Below the pieces are notes generated by a model that saw only the letters and a list, made by a program, of their open reading frames with translations, was not told the origin of the DNA and did no database searches. A DNA stretch of 64,000 nucleotides from Minisyncoccia bacterium. GTDB lineage: Bacteria; Patescibacteriota; Minisyncoccia; Phycocordibacterales; UBA9973. Each line of letters begins with the position of its first letter. Position 1 is the stretch's first letter. Positions 40,598-49,343 of this stretch are shown here, piece after piece. The DNA lies in contig JBAQNN010000003.1 of NCBI GenBank assembly GCA_049303835.1, forward strand, positions 192,769 through 256,768. The letters are read 5' to 3'. The position numbers were made by a program, and so were the translations under genes.

Positions 40598-41803
40598 ATG
40601 AAAAAATTAACCCTAATCAAAAAATCTCTGCCCGTATTTGCCCTTTTGGCTTTGGCGGTCGGTTCGTTCGGCATAACGCCACAAATAGTATACGCTGTTG
40701 CCATACCACCGTTAGTTGACCTCGGGACAGCCGGTGACTATACAATCTTAACAAAAACAGGAATTTCAACCACTGGCCCTACTAGTGTTGTTGGAGACAT
40801 GGGAGTAAGTCCCTCTGAAGCAACTTCTATAACAGGATTTGCATTAAGTCTTACAGAAGGAAGTCCCTTTTCCACCTCTGCACTTGTAGCTGGAAAAATA
40901 TATGCTCCGGGTTATGCAGCCCCTACCCCTACTAATCTAACTACAGCCATAAGCGACATGGAAACTGCTTACACGACAGCGAACGGCCTAGCTCCAGGAG
41001 TTACTGAACTCGGTGCTGGAAATATTGGCGGACTGACGATTGTTCCGGGAGTCTATAAATGGACTACCGGTGTCATAATACCAGCCGACGTTACTCTTTC
41101 TGGAAACGCAGACGATGTTTGGGTATTTCAAATAGCTCAAAATCTTGACATAAGTTCTGCTACACAGGTGCTTCTCAGTGGTGGTGCCCAAGCAAAAAAT
41201 ATTTTCTGGATAGTCGCCGGCCAAACAACTATTGGTACTACAGCTGTCTTTATTGGAAACATCTTGGACAAAACAGCAATCGTGTTAAATACTGGAGCAA
41301 CATTAAATGGCCGAGCATTGGCACAGACTGCAGTCACTTTGGATTCTAATTACGTTTCCAATGTGGGCAATAAAACAATTGGAACAATCACTGGAACAGT
41401 CGGCGGATTTGGAGTTTTGAAAGTGGACTCAATTGAAACGATAGACAATACAGCCATCGCTGATGGCACATTCGCAAGTGGCTGGGAATATATCTTCAAC
41501 ATAACAATTCCGTCCAATGAAACAAATCTTGCAATGAAATTCGCAGACTGGGTGCAAACCGGTGGCCCTGGAATAATTGCAACAGCTAATAACATCAGAA
41601 TCTCTTCTCTCCAAGCAGACAACGGAGGAACGACCGTCTTGTTGACTGGGGCAAATCTTTATTCATCCCCTACTCTTCACATGATTACCGACTTAAACCC
41701 TGCTACAGATGGAATTCAGATAAAGGTTAAAGTAGAAGTAGCTGTTCCAACAGGCTCTCTAAATGGTGCCTATACTACGAGCTACGGAGTAAAGACAAAT
41801 TAA
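40598..41803 (+). CDS. Secreted protein with DUF3494 (ice-binding-protein-like beta-helix) domain plus shared C-terminal beta domain
   Basis: Signal peptide; LGTAGDYTILTKTGISTTGPTSVVGDMGVSPSEATSITGF is the DUF3494 N-terminal signature; C-terminal 120 aa ~60% identical to 47041 gene. Confidence 0.7.
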   Translation: MKKLTLIKKSLPVFALLALAVGSFGITPQIVYAVAIPPLVDLGTAGDYTILTKTGISTTGPTSVVGDMGVSPSEATSITGFALSLTEGSPFSTSALVAGKIYAPGYAAPTPTNLTTAISDMETAYTTANGLAPGVTELGAGNIGGLTIVPGVYKWTTGVIIPADVTLSGNADDVWVFQIAQNLDISSATQVLLSGGAQAKNIFWIVAGQTTIGTTAVFIGNILDKTAIVLNTGATLNGRALAQTAVTLDSNYVSNVGNKTIGTITGTVGGFGVLKVDSIETIDNTAIADGTFASGWEYIFNITIPSNETNLAMKFADWVQTGGPGIIATANNIRISSLQADNGGTTVLLTGANLYSSPTLHMITDLNPATDGIQIKVKVEVAVPTGSLNGAYTTSYGVKTN

Positions 41804-41827
41804 AGAATAATTTAACTTTACAAATCT

Positions 41828-42166
41828 ATGAAACGCGAAATATTATTAAAATCTTTCTTGATACTCATTTTGATGGTTATTTTTGCTTCTTTCGCGCAAG
41901 CTTCTGAGACCAGAAATAATTTCTCTTCCGATGGCACGGCCCTTGGACCTGAGGTCAACGACCTGGCTATTGAAAATGATGTTCCAACTTCAACAACAAT
42001 AAGTCCTGTAAAGTCACCGAGCCTAACCGCCACAGTACTAGATGAGCTTGGTGACCTTGGCGCCAGTTCTTCGTTCTGGGTAGTCTTTATTCTTTTGATT
42101 CTATTTGTTTTCTTCATCTATCTATATAGACGACCGTTGGAAAATAGCAAAACTATACGAGTCTAA
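41828..42166 (+). CDS. Small secreted protein with C-terminal TM anchor and basic tail (paralogue of 48288 gene)
   Basis: MKREILLKSFLILILMV signal peptide shared with 48288 ORF; C-terminal hydrophobic helix + RRPLENSKTIRV. Confidence 0.45.
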   Translation: MKREILLKSFLILILMVIFASFAQASETRNNFSSDGTALGPEVNDLAIENDVPTSTTISPVKSPSLTATVLDELGDLGASSSFWVVFILLILFVFFIYLYRRPLENSKTIRV

Positions 42167-42185
42167 CCACCAACCCAAAAACAAA

Positions 42186-42228
42186 GCAACCCAGCCGCCC
42201 GAGGGCGACGGGGTTTTGTTTTTTTAGA
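42186..42228. terminator. Bidirectional intrinsic terminator between convergent genes
   Basis: cccagccgccc-gag-gggcgacgggg hairpin flanked by caaaaacaaa and ttttgttttttt. Confidence 0.6.
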
Positions 42229-42742
42229 CAGTTACTGTCTTTTTATATAAAGCTTTAATTTGCTCAAGCCCTCTATGCGCTTGCACAGAAATAGTATTTT
42301 TTGATTGTCCGGTTATCAAAGACATTTCTTTAAGCGTCAGATCTTGGACATAGCGCATTCGCATAATTTTTTGATATTTTTTTGGAATACGCGCGATCAA
42401 AAGAAGCGCTTTCTTTCCATCCAGAAGATTAATGAGATGTTCTTCTTCAGCTACTGGTTCAAAACCTTTTTCCATAAGAAGTTCAAGCGAACTTGTCTTA
42501 TGTTTCCGATATTGATCCACAATAAGATTATCCAAGACGTGATAAAGAAAAGCCTTCATGATATCAATCTTTCCTCCCTTTAAGAGGTAACTCCAAGTTT
42601 TTATGAAAGTATTTTGGACTAAATCTTGGCTAGCCGCTCTATCACTAACTTTAAAAAATGCCCGAGCGTTTAAGCCCTTTTCATAGTCATGATGGGCTAA
42701 GGTTAAAATATCCTTTATTTTTACCTCTTGTTTCTTGTTCAT
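42224..42742 (-). CDS. ECF-type sigma-70 family RNA polymerase sigma factor; start reassigned to MNKKQEV
   Basis: Region 2 (FIKTWSYLLKG...LYHVLDNLIVDQYRK) and region 4 HTH (TLKEMSLITGQSKNTISVQAHRGL). Confidence 0.8.
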   Translation of the reverse strand: MNKKQEVKIKDILTLAHHDYEKGLNARAFFKVSDRAASQDLVQNTFIKTWSYLLKGGKIDIMKAFLYHVLDNLIVDQYRKHKTSSLELLMEKGFEPVAEEEHLINLLDGKKALLLIARIPKKYQKIMRMRYVQDLTLKEMSLITGQSKNTISVQAHRGLEQIKALYKKTVTV

Positions 42743-42855
42743 GGCTTTGTTAACCAATAGAATATAGCCGTATGAGAGGGTTTTATATGACAGGACGTCT
42801 AGGTCCGAGAGAAAATACAACTTGCACATTATAGCACATCAAACCCCAAAAGCAC

Positions 42856-42884
42856 TGTAATCGTTTTAATAAAAGTACGTCATA
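42856..42884 (+). promoter_or_regulatory. ECF-like promoter motif TGTAAT-N16-CGTCAT ending 8 nt before the PAS gene ATG (leaderless-type)
   Basis: Resembles Bacillus sigma-W/X/M group consensus (TGAAAC-N16-CGTA); read directly. Confidence 0.3.
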
Positions 42885-42891
42885 TGGTTAT

Positions 42892-43452
42892 ATGAAAGAA
42901 AAAACAATAACAAATTTAAAAATTGCTCCTTCTGATTTTGTAAAAAGTTTCTGGGAAGAAAGTTGGACGTATATTAAAACTGTTGTGGACGTAGTACGAG
43001 AACCGATTTTGATTTTAGATAAAGATCTCCGGGTAATGGCAGCCAATGATTCTTTCTACAGAACTTTCCAGGTAGAAGTAAAAGATACGGAAAAAAAGAT
43101 TGTATATGATTTAGGAAATGGCCAATGGGATATCCCCGCCTTACGGAAACTACTGGAAGATATTTTACCCAAAAATACCTTTTTTAAGGGTTTTGAAGTG
43201 GCGCATGACTTTCCTTTGATTGGGCACAAGATAATGATCTTAAATGCCCGACGTATTCATTTCAAGGAAGATTTGTATTTCCAGCCCATCATCCTCCTTG
43301 CGATGGAAGATATCACTGAAATGATGGCCGTAGCTGAAATGCTCGCCCTGCACACCAATCAATTTGAGAAAGAAACGGCAAAAAAGACAGAAAAACTAGA
43401 ATCTAGTATTAAAGAAATGGAGAAAGAGATTAATAAACTAAAAAATAACTAG
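42892..43452 (+). CDS. PAS-domain protein divergent from the ECF sigma factor (possible regulator/anti-sigma partner)
   Basis: PAS core ILILDKDLRVMAANDSFYRTF...; coiled-coil C-terminus. Confidence 0.55.
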   Translation: MKEKTITNLKIAPSDFVKSFWEESWTYIKTVVDVVREPILILDKDLRVMAANDSFYRTFQVEVKDTEKKIVYDLGNGQWDIPALRKLLEDILPKNTFFKGFEVAHDFPLIGHKIMILNARRIHFKEDLYFQPIILLAMEDITEMMAVAEMLALHTNQFEKETAKKTEKLESSIKEMEKEINKLKNN

Positions 43453-43462
43453 AATCAGAAAT

Positions 43463-43771
43463 TTATTTTTTATCCTCTACCCTTTTTACCAGTCCATAAT
43501 CATCTCCAAAATCTTTTAATTCTTGATGCATGGCTGCCAAACCTTTTTTAAACCTTTCTTTATCATCGGCACAATCAATTTTTAGCCTTTCAATATCTTT
43601 GACTAGCCTGAGCCTGGTTTCCGGTAAAAATTTGGCTGCGAAGGTCAAAAAACCCCCAAGTTCCCGATCTCTGGCTTCTACTTCAGAAACACGATTGTTT
43701 AGTTTATCCATTGAAGACATATATCTATTTGTGGATAATAACACGTAATTTAAGGGTTTCCTAACGGACAT
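43463..43771 (-). CDS. Hypothetical protein (102 aa)
   Basis: Track ORF, no domain recognised. Confidence 0.3.
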   Translation of the reverse strand: MSVRKPLNYVLLSTNRYMSSMDKLNNRVSEVEARDRELGGFLTFAAKFLPETRLRLVKDIERLKIDCADDKERFKKGLAAMHQELKDFGDDYGLVKRVEDKK

Positions 43772-43937
43772 ACCAAATGTCCTTTAGAATATGGGTAGAA
43801 AGAGATGCATTTTACCGATTCGCGTTCTTGGTTATTCACTTTTTATACACTTTAATCTATTGACTTGTCAGTAAAGAGTTGTAAGGTGGGATAAATAGAT
43901 CGATTTTTATCAATTATTATTAGGGTTTTTAAAATAT

Positions 43938-45764
43938 ATGAGAAAATATCTTTTATATAGTTTGTTGGTTTTGACTTTCGGTTTTATGGTAGCAGGGACA
44001 ACGCAAGCTCAAGCTGTTCCGACATTATCCGCCCAAGACTTTGGGGTCATGGATTTTAGCGGGGTCATGGGATATTCTGCCGGTTTTCACCTAACTAACG
44101 GAGACTTAACGGGAGCTAGTATGGTAGTAAAATTGTACTCTGGAGACGCTTTACTACAAACTAATACTGCCTTGCCAGGTAAATTTACTGGTACTGATTT
44201 TTCTGGGCCGTTTGATGTCACAGGCACGTTTGACTATGTAGCTGATGGTTACTGGCAAAACGAAAGAGAAAGTGAATTCGGAGCAAACCTTGTTCCTACA
44301 AAAGTAGTCGCCACTGTTATATTAACAGATTCCACAATTCTGACAGCAGAAAACAATGTTTTAACCGGCGATCCATCTACTGTAATGCCAGCAGGATCTT
44401 TGGCTGCTGAAAATTTCAACGTAGTAGATTCTGATACAGGATTGGGAATACTTAAAGGTTTCACTTCCGGTTTTGCTTTAACTGGAGATACATGGAATCA
44501 CGCTACATCTGTAGTGGTTGAACTGTATGCAGGTTCAGAACTCCTTCAGACCGACACCGCGATTTTCCCTCAGTTTGGAACTATCGGTGGAACTCAAATT
44601 TCCGCACCGTTTGATGTGCTCGGAAATTTTGATTATGTTACCGACGGATACTGGACAAACGAGAGAGAGAGCGAGTACGGCAAGAACATAGCACCCACTA
44701 AAGTAAAAGCCACAGTAATACTTGAAAGTGGAAAAATACTTACAGCAGAAAACACCAATCTAACAGGAGTAATAACCACAATAATTCCACCTGGCATTCT
44801 TACAGCAGAAAATTTTAATGTAGTAGTAAATTCTAATACTGGCCCTACTACAGGAATCCTTACTGGTTATTCCACAGGGTTTGCGTTAACCGAGGCAACA
44901 TGGGCGGAAGTGGCTTCTGTCGTAGTAAAATTGTATGCAGGTACTAACCTATTGCAGACGGACACAGCAAATTTCCCTTTGTTCGGCACCATTGCCGGAA
45001 CTCAAATTTCCGCACCGTTTGATGTGTCTGGAACATTTAACTATGTAATAGATGGATATTGGACTAATACTCGAGAAAATGAGTACGGACAAACTGCCGC
45101 TCCTACAAAAGTTATAGCAATAGCTACTTTGATTAACGGCAAGATGATGACAGCTCAAAACACCCTACTTACTGGAGGAAATGCTGAGGAGGTAATGCCA
45201 GTTACTTTTGAAGTAAATTATATCGCGGGAGACAACGGAACTATTACTGGGTATACAAATCAAAATGTTCCTACTGGAGGCAACGCATCTTCTGTCACCG
45301 CGGTCGCTAACGATGGCTATCGTTTTAATGGCTGGAGCGACGGAGTAACCACTGAGGTCAGAACTGATACCAACGTCACCGCCGACCTTACCGTCACTGC
45401 AAACTTTGAAAGAAACCGATCTTCCAGTGGAGGAAGTAGAAGAGCTACTCCTGCTACCCCCGCTACTCCAGCAGTTCCCGGAGTAAGCCCAGCCATTCCT
45501 GCGACTCCCGCTACCCCTGGAGAAGTGCTCGGTGCTGAAAACTTTACTTTCACTCTTTTCTTGAAGATGGGGCCTCCCTACCTCAATAAACCGGAAGTAA
45601 TGGAACTTCAGAAATTCTTAAATACAGCCGGCTATGGCCCGCTCGTAGTTGATGGAAAATTTGGAGTGCTTACTAAAGCGGCTCTCGTTAAATTCCAAAT
45701 CGCAAATGGATTAGTAGGCGATGGCATAGTAGGACCTCTTACTAGAGCAGTCTTAAATAAATAA
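43938..45764 (+). CDS. Secreted cell-wall protein: three ~130-aa tandem repeats, Flg_new/InlB-B-like repeat, PATP linker, C-terminal peptidoglycan-binding (PG_binding_1) domain
   Basis: Signal peptide; triplicated FDV.G.FDYV.DGYW.NERESE...PTKV module; YRFNGWSDG; ATPATPATPAVPG; LQKFLNTAGYGPLVVDGKFG..T..A...FQ. Confidence 0.6.
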   Translation: MRKYLLYSLLVLTFGFMVAGTTQAQAVPTLSAQDFGVMDFSGVMGYSAGFHLTNGDLTGASMVVKLYSGDALLQTNTALPGKFTGTDFSGPFDVTGTFDYVADGYWQNERESEFGANLVPTKVVATVILTDSTILTAENNVLTGDPSTVMPAGSLAAENFNVVDSDTGLGILKGFTSGFALTGDTWNHATSVVVELYAGSELLQTDTAIFPQFGTIGGTQISAPFDVLGNFDYVTDGYWTNERESEYGKNIAPTKVKATVILESGKILTAENTNLTGVITTIIPPGILTAENFNVVVNSNTGPTTGILTGYSTGFALTEATWAEVASVVVKLYAGTNLLQTDTANFPLFGTIAGTQISAPFDVSGTFNYVIDGYWTNTRENEYGQTAAPTKVIAIATLINGKMMTAQNTLLTGGNAEEVMPVTFEVNYIAGDNGTITGYTNQNVPTGGNASSVTAVANDGYRFNGWSDGVTTEVRTDTNVTADLTVTANFERNRSSSGGSRRATPATPATPAVPGVSPAIPATPATPGEVLGAENFTFTLFLKMGPPYLNKPEVMELQKFLNTAGYGPLVVDGKFGVLTKAALVKFQIANGLVGDGIVGPLTRAVLNK

Positions 45765-45788
45765 TCTAAATAAAGATTTTTACTCACA

Positions 45789-45822
45789 AAGCCCTACCTT
45801 TACAGGTAGGGCTTTGTTTGTT
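45789..45822 (+). terminator. Intrinsic terminator
   Basis: aagccctacc-tttaca-ggtagggctt perfect 10-bp stem followed by tgtttgtt. Confidence 0.7.
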
Positions 45823-45833
45823 ATAATAGTCCA

Positions 45834-46844
45834 ATGTTTTCATGGCTAAAAAAACATTTTATTCCACATCCTGAAAATGATCACCGCCCTCATATTTTGC
45901 GAGACCAAAGCACTCGGAACATTATCGCCATCATTCTATTTTTAGAATTATTTTCTTTTGTCCTTCCAACTGTCTCAAATATAAATATGCTAGATGGCAT
46001 GGCGGCAGTGTTGCCTTCAGTTTTAAGTGACCTGACCAACGTAGAGAGACAATCACAAAGATTACCCATCCTTTCTGTAAACTCTCTTTTGAACAAAGCA
46101 GCGGAGATGAAGGCGCAGGACATGGCTTTAAAAGGATATTTTGCTCACACCAGCCCCGAAGGACTTACTCCGTGGTATTGGATATTGCTTTCCGGATATA
46201 AATATCAATACGCCGGAGAGAACCTCGCAGTTAATTTTCAAGATTCAAAAGACGTGACCGAAGCCTGGCTCAATAGCCCCACCCACAAAGCAAATATCGT
46301 CAAAGGAAATTATACAGAAATGGGTACGGGGATTGCGAATGGTATGTACAAAGGAAGAGAGGCTGTGTTTGTAGCCCAAGTGTATGCAAACCCGATGCCT
46401 AAAACTTTTCCTAAGGCAGTTGTAGTTGAAACAAAGCCATCCCCGACACCTAAGATTGTCGCAGTTTCTGAACCTACCAAAGAAACGGAAAATGTCTTGG
46501 GCGCAGAAGTTTCTACGACCGCCTCCTTGGCAGTCAATCCAGATGTTCAAATTCTCAACATAGAAAATAAAAATTACACCGAAACACAACCGACTTTCTG
46601 GCAGAAACTTTTGGCTTCACCCAGAAACACCACCAATGTGCTTATGGCTATAATCTTTAGCATTGTTGCCTTGGCCCTGCTTCTCTATATCATAATAAAA
46701 ATCAGAAGCCATCATGTAGATCTGCTCACAAATGGATTGGCGATGCTCGCTATCATCGGTGCAATTTTTATCGCGAACTATCAGTATAGTTACAGAAGTA
46801 TGGTGATAACCCAGGGTCTGGATTATTCCGTAGAGAGTAAATAA
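45834..46844 (+). CDS. CAP/SCP/PR-1 superfamily domain protein with N- and C-terminal TM segments
   Basis: GYFAHTSPEG...GENLA...EAWLNSPTHKANI CAP motifs. Confidence 0.6.
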   Translation: MFSWLKKHFIPHPENDHRPHILRDQSTRNIIAIILFLELFSFVLPTVSNINMLDGMAAVLPSVLSDLTNVERQSQRLPILSVNSLLNKAAEMKAQDMALKGYFAHTSPEGLTPWYWILLSGYKYQYAGENLAVNFQDSKDVTEAWLNSPTHKANIVKGNYTEMGTGIANGMYKGREAVFVAQVYANPMPKTFPKAVVVETKPSPTPKIVAVSEPTKETENVLGAEVSTTASLAVNPDVQILNIENKNYTETQPTFWQKLLASPRNTTNVLMAIIFSIVALALLLYIIIKIRSHHVDLLTNGLAMLAIIGAIFIANYQYSYRSMVITQGLDYSVESK

Positions 46845-46961
46845 TTTTCGTATAAAAAATAAAAATCACTTGTTTTAAACTTGGGACCTCCAGGGGCTAT
46901 TTATCTCTTTTTATATTTTGTATTACACCACACATTCCCTGTCATCAAACCTCCCCTATTT

Positions 46962-47040
46962 CGGCAAATATATATCAGGATAAACTGGTCGATTATCTAT
47001 CTAATTATTAAAATAACTATTAAAAACTAACAAAAAAATT
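46962..47040 (+). promoter_or_regulatory. Conserved ~80-bp upstream leader, copy B
   Basis: cggcaaatatatatcaggataaactggtcgattat...aaaataactattaaaaac; ~88% identical to 40513-40597. Confidence 0.6.
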
Positions 47041-48270
47041 ATGAAAACAATATCAAAAATAGTTAAAAAATCTACGGCTGGTCTTATGCTTTTGGCATTT
47101 GCAGTGGGCTCTTTTGGTCTCTCTCCAAATAAATTTGCACTGGCAGCCACCACATGGGACACGACAGGCGCTTACGTTATAAACATGAATTATCTTGGAA
47201 CAGATCATCCTCATGATATGTCTTTAGTTCAAGATATTTCAGACAATCTTACTGGTAACGGCGGGAGTCCAGCCGGAGCCAATGTATATACTTGGACAAT
47301 AACTTCTGGTGGAGTAGTGGGTGATACCATTGATTTCTTGGCTGACTACACAGCGACCCCAGATGCAGTGACACCCCAAACAACTCTGCACATCGTCGGA
47401 ACAATTGCCCCGGATGGGACGATGTCCGGCACATGGTCCGACAACTTCCAAGCAGAAGCTAGAACAGGCACATTTTCTACAGCAAGTGGGGCAGTAGTAG
47501 CGGATCCAATTATAGTTGAAGGAAATGTCATCACCAATCCCGCAACCGCAATCACCATTACTGATGCGACCCTAAATGGCACAAATGGTGCAAGTGACGC
47601 TCTCGGACACTCTTTCTGGGCTTCGCTAAACACATTTAGTACTGCTAGTCCATCAATCCCGGTTGGTGTTTACTCAACTCCTGATTTGGGAGTGATTGCA
47701 GCCAATACCCCCTTCTCTGCTCTTCTTTCTTCTACTGGCATAACAGTAACTCCAGATACTACGTATTACTTCTCAGCTTGGTCTAATGTTGCAGGTGTAT
47801 GGTATCCTGGTGAAGTTTTGAGTTTCACTACTTTAGGAACAGGAGGAGAAATCGGAGGTGAAGTGGTACCAGGTAACGGAATCCTTGAAGTTACCTCTAT
47901 TGAAATGACAGACACTACAGCCACAGCAAACAATTCGTTTGAAGATGGTTGGGAATATGTATTCAACATCACCGTCCCTACAGATGAGGCAAACCTCTCA
48001 ATGAAATTCGCAGACTGGGTAAGAACTGGCGGAAGTGAAATTATTCCTGCAGGTGGCAACATGAGAATCTCTTCTCCACAAGCAAACAATAGTGGAGCAA
48101 CAGTTCCGATCACCACAGCTAATACTTATTCTACTCCAGCACTTGTCATGACTACTGATCTTAACCCATCACTAGATGGCATACAGGTCAAAGTTATTGT
48201 AGAGGTAAAAATACCTACCGGCACAATGAGTGGCTCTTACACGACAAATTATGGTGTTAAGTCAGAATAA
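47041..48270 (+). CDS. Secreted beta-rich protein, paralogue of the 40598 gene (shared C-terminal domain, different N-terminal domain)
   Basis: Signal peptide AGLMLLAFAVGSFGLSP ~ LALAVGSFGITP; C-terminal W-E-Y-V/IFNIT...MKFADWV.TGG...GIQ.KV.VEV segment conserved. Confidence 0.6.
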   Translation: MKTISKIVKKSTAGLMLLAFAVGSFGLSPNKFALAATTWDTTGAYVINMNYLGTDHPHDMSLVQDISDNLTGNGGSPAGANVYTWTITSGGVVGDTIDFLADYTATPDAVTPQTTLHIVGTIAPDGTMSGTWSDNFQAEARTGTFSTASGAVVADPIIVEGNVITNPATAITITDATLNGTNGASDALGHSFWASLNTFSTASPSIPVGVYSTPDLGVIAANTPFSALLSSTGITVTPDTTYYFSAWSNVAGVWYPGEVLSFTTLGTGGEIGGEVVPGNGILEVTSIEMTDTTATANNSFEDGWEYVFNITVPTDEANLSMKFADWVRTGGSEIIPAGGNMRISSPQANNSGATVPITTANTYSTPALVMTTDLNPSLDGIQVKVIVEVKIPTGTMSGSYTTNYGVKSE

Positions 48271-48287
48271 TAATATAGACAAAAATT

Positions 48288-48707
48288 ATGAAACAAAAAA
48301 TATTATTAAAATCCTTCCTAATGCTCACCTTGATGGTGGCCTTTGGGGCGCAAGTATATGCATCGGAAGTGACAGGAACCCTCTCTTCAAGTACCCAAAA
48401 TGAAGGAGGTGGATCCGGATCAGAAATTACTGGCACACTAGACAACGGAAATATAGCCGGTACTGTCGGTAGTGGTGGAAGTTCTGGCGGAAGCAGTAGC
48501 GGAAGTAGTCGTCGTACGGGAGGGCAAGTATTAGGAGCATCGGATGACAATACCGGAGAAGTACTCGGAGCAACATACACCCCGGGCTTTCCTACTACTG
48601 GTCTCGGAAACAAAGCTACTCCTGATTCCACAAACCTTATGGCCTTGATTCTAGTTGTCGCCACTCTGACGATGTACGCTTATCACAAGATGAAGATAAA
48701 TGCATAA
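48288..48707 (+). CDS. Small secreted Gly/Ser-rich protein with FPTTG motif, C-terminal TM helix and basic tail (candidate sortase substrate)
   Basis: MKQKILLKSFLMLTLMV signal peptide; GGSGS repeats; ...PGFPTTGLGNKATPDSTN-LMALILVVATLTMYAY-HKMKINA. Confidence 0.45.
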   Translation: MKQKILLKSFLMLTLMVAFGAQVYASEVTGTLSSSTQNEGGGSGSEITGTLDNGNIAGTVGSGGSSGGSSSGSSRRTGGQVLGASDDNTGEVLGATYTPGFPTTGLGNKATPDSTNLMALILVVATLTMYAYHKMKINA

Positions 48708-49278
48708 AAGGCTTAATTCCAGAATATTGCTTTTTATCCTAGTGCCCACATGTCTAGTCTTTCTTTTCTTGGGCTTCTTCATCACCAATTCCAAAAATCC
48801 AAACGATAATATTGCTCCCTTGTTTGCCTCTCCGGAAAAGATAATTCCTATACGAATTACAATTCCGAGTATAAAAGTAGAGGCTCTGATAAAACCCGTA
48901 GGACTGACAAAACTAAAAACAATGGAGTCTCCAGAAGAACCCCTAGATACTGCTTGGTTTAAATTAGGAGCAAGCCCCGGAGAAAAAGGCAGCTCCGTAA
49001 TTGCTGGACATAGGGGTTGGAAAACTGGGAGAGCAATCTTTGATGATTTGGACGAAATTCAACTTGGCGATAAAGTGTACGTAGAGAATGAGAAAGGAGA
49101 CATACTAGTTTTTGTTGTGCGCGAAATGCGCGTATATGGTGCTCTTGAAATAGTGCCAGAAGTTTGGAACAAAAATGATGCCGCTTATTTGAACCTCATC
49201 ACCTGCTCAGGTGACTGGAATGCATCAACCGGAACTTCCGACAAACGCTTAGTCGTGTTTACAGACTTAGCTACTTAA
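48700..49278 (+). CDS. Sortase-family transpeptidase (class E/F-like)
   Basis: N-terminal TM anchor, catalytic His (IAGHRGW), LNLITCSGDW TLXTC Cys motif, downstream Arg. Confidence 0.65.
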   Translation: MHKRLNSRILLFILVPTCLVFLFLGFFITNSKNPNDNIAPLFASPEKIIPIRITIPSIKVEALIKPVGLTKLKTMESPEEPLDTAWFKLGASPGEKGSSVIAGHRGWKTGRAIFDDLDEIQLGDKVYVENEKGDILVFVVREMRVYGALEIVPEVWNKNDAAYLNLITCSGDWNASTGTSDKRLVVFTDLAT

Positions 49279-49280
49279 AA

Positions 49281-49311
49281 AAATAAACCTCCCAAGGAGG
49301 TTTATTTTTTT
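49281..49311. terminator. Bidirectional intrinsic terminator
   Basis: aaacctcc-caa-ggaggttt perfect 8-bp stem with A-run before and T-run after. Confidence 0.75.
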
Positions 49312-49343
49312 ATCTGTTTTATTAACAAAGCTACAAATTTTTT

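Noticed and set aside
48257-48664. 135-aa minus-strand ORF
   Set aside because: Antisense shadow of the 48288-48707 Gly/Ser-rich gene (GGN/AGY codons read as Pro-rich on the opposite strand).
40500-49300. Diversity-generating retroelement (template/variable repeat) behind the duplicated sequences
   Set aside because: No reverse transcriptase in the window. Repeat pairs differ by scattered substitutions, not adenine-specific changes. Repeats are promoter leaders and domain modules, not C-terminal VR regions.
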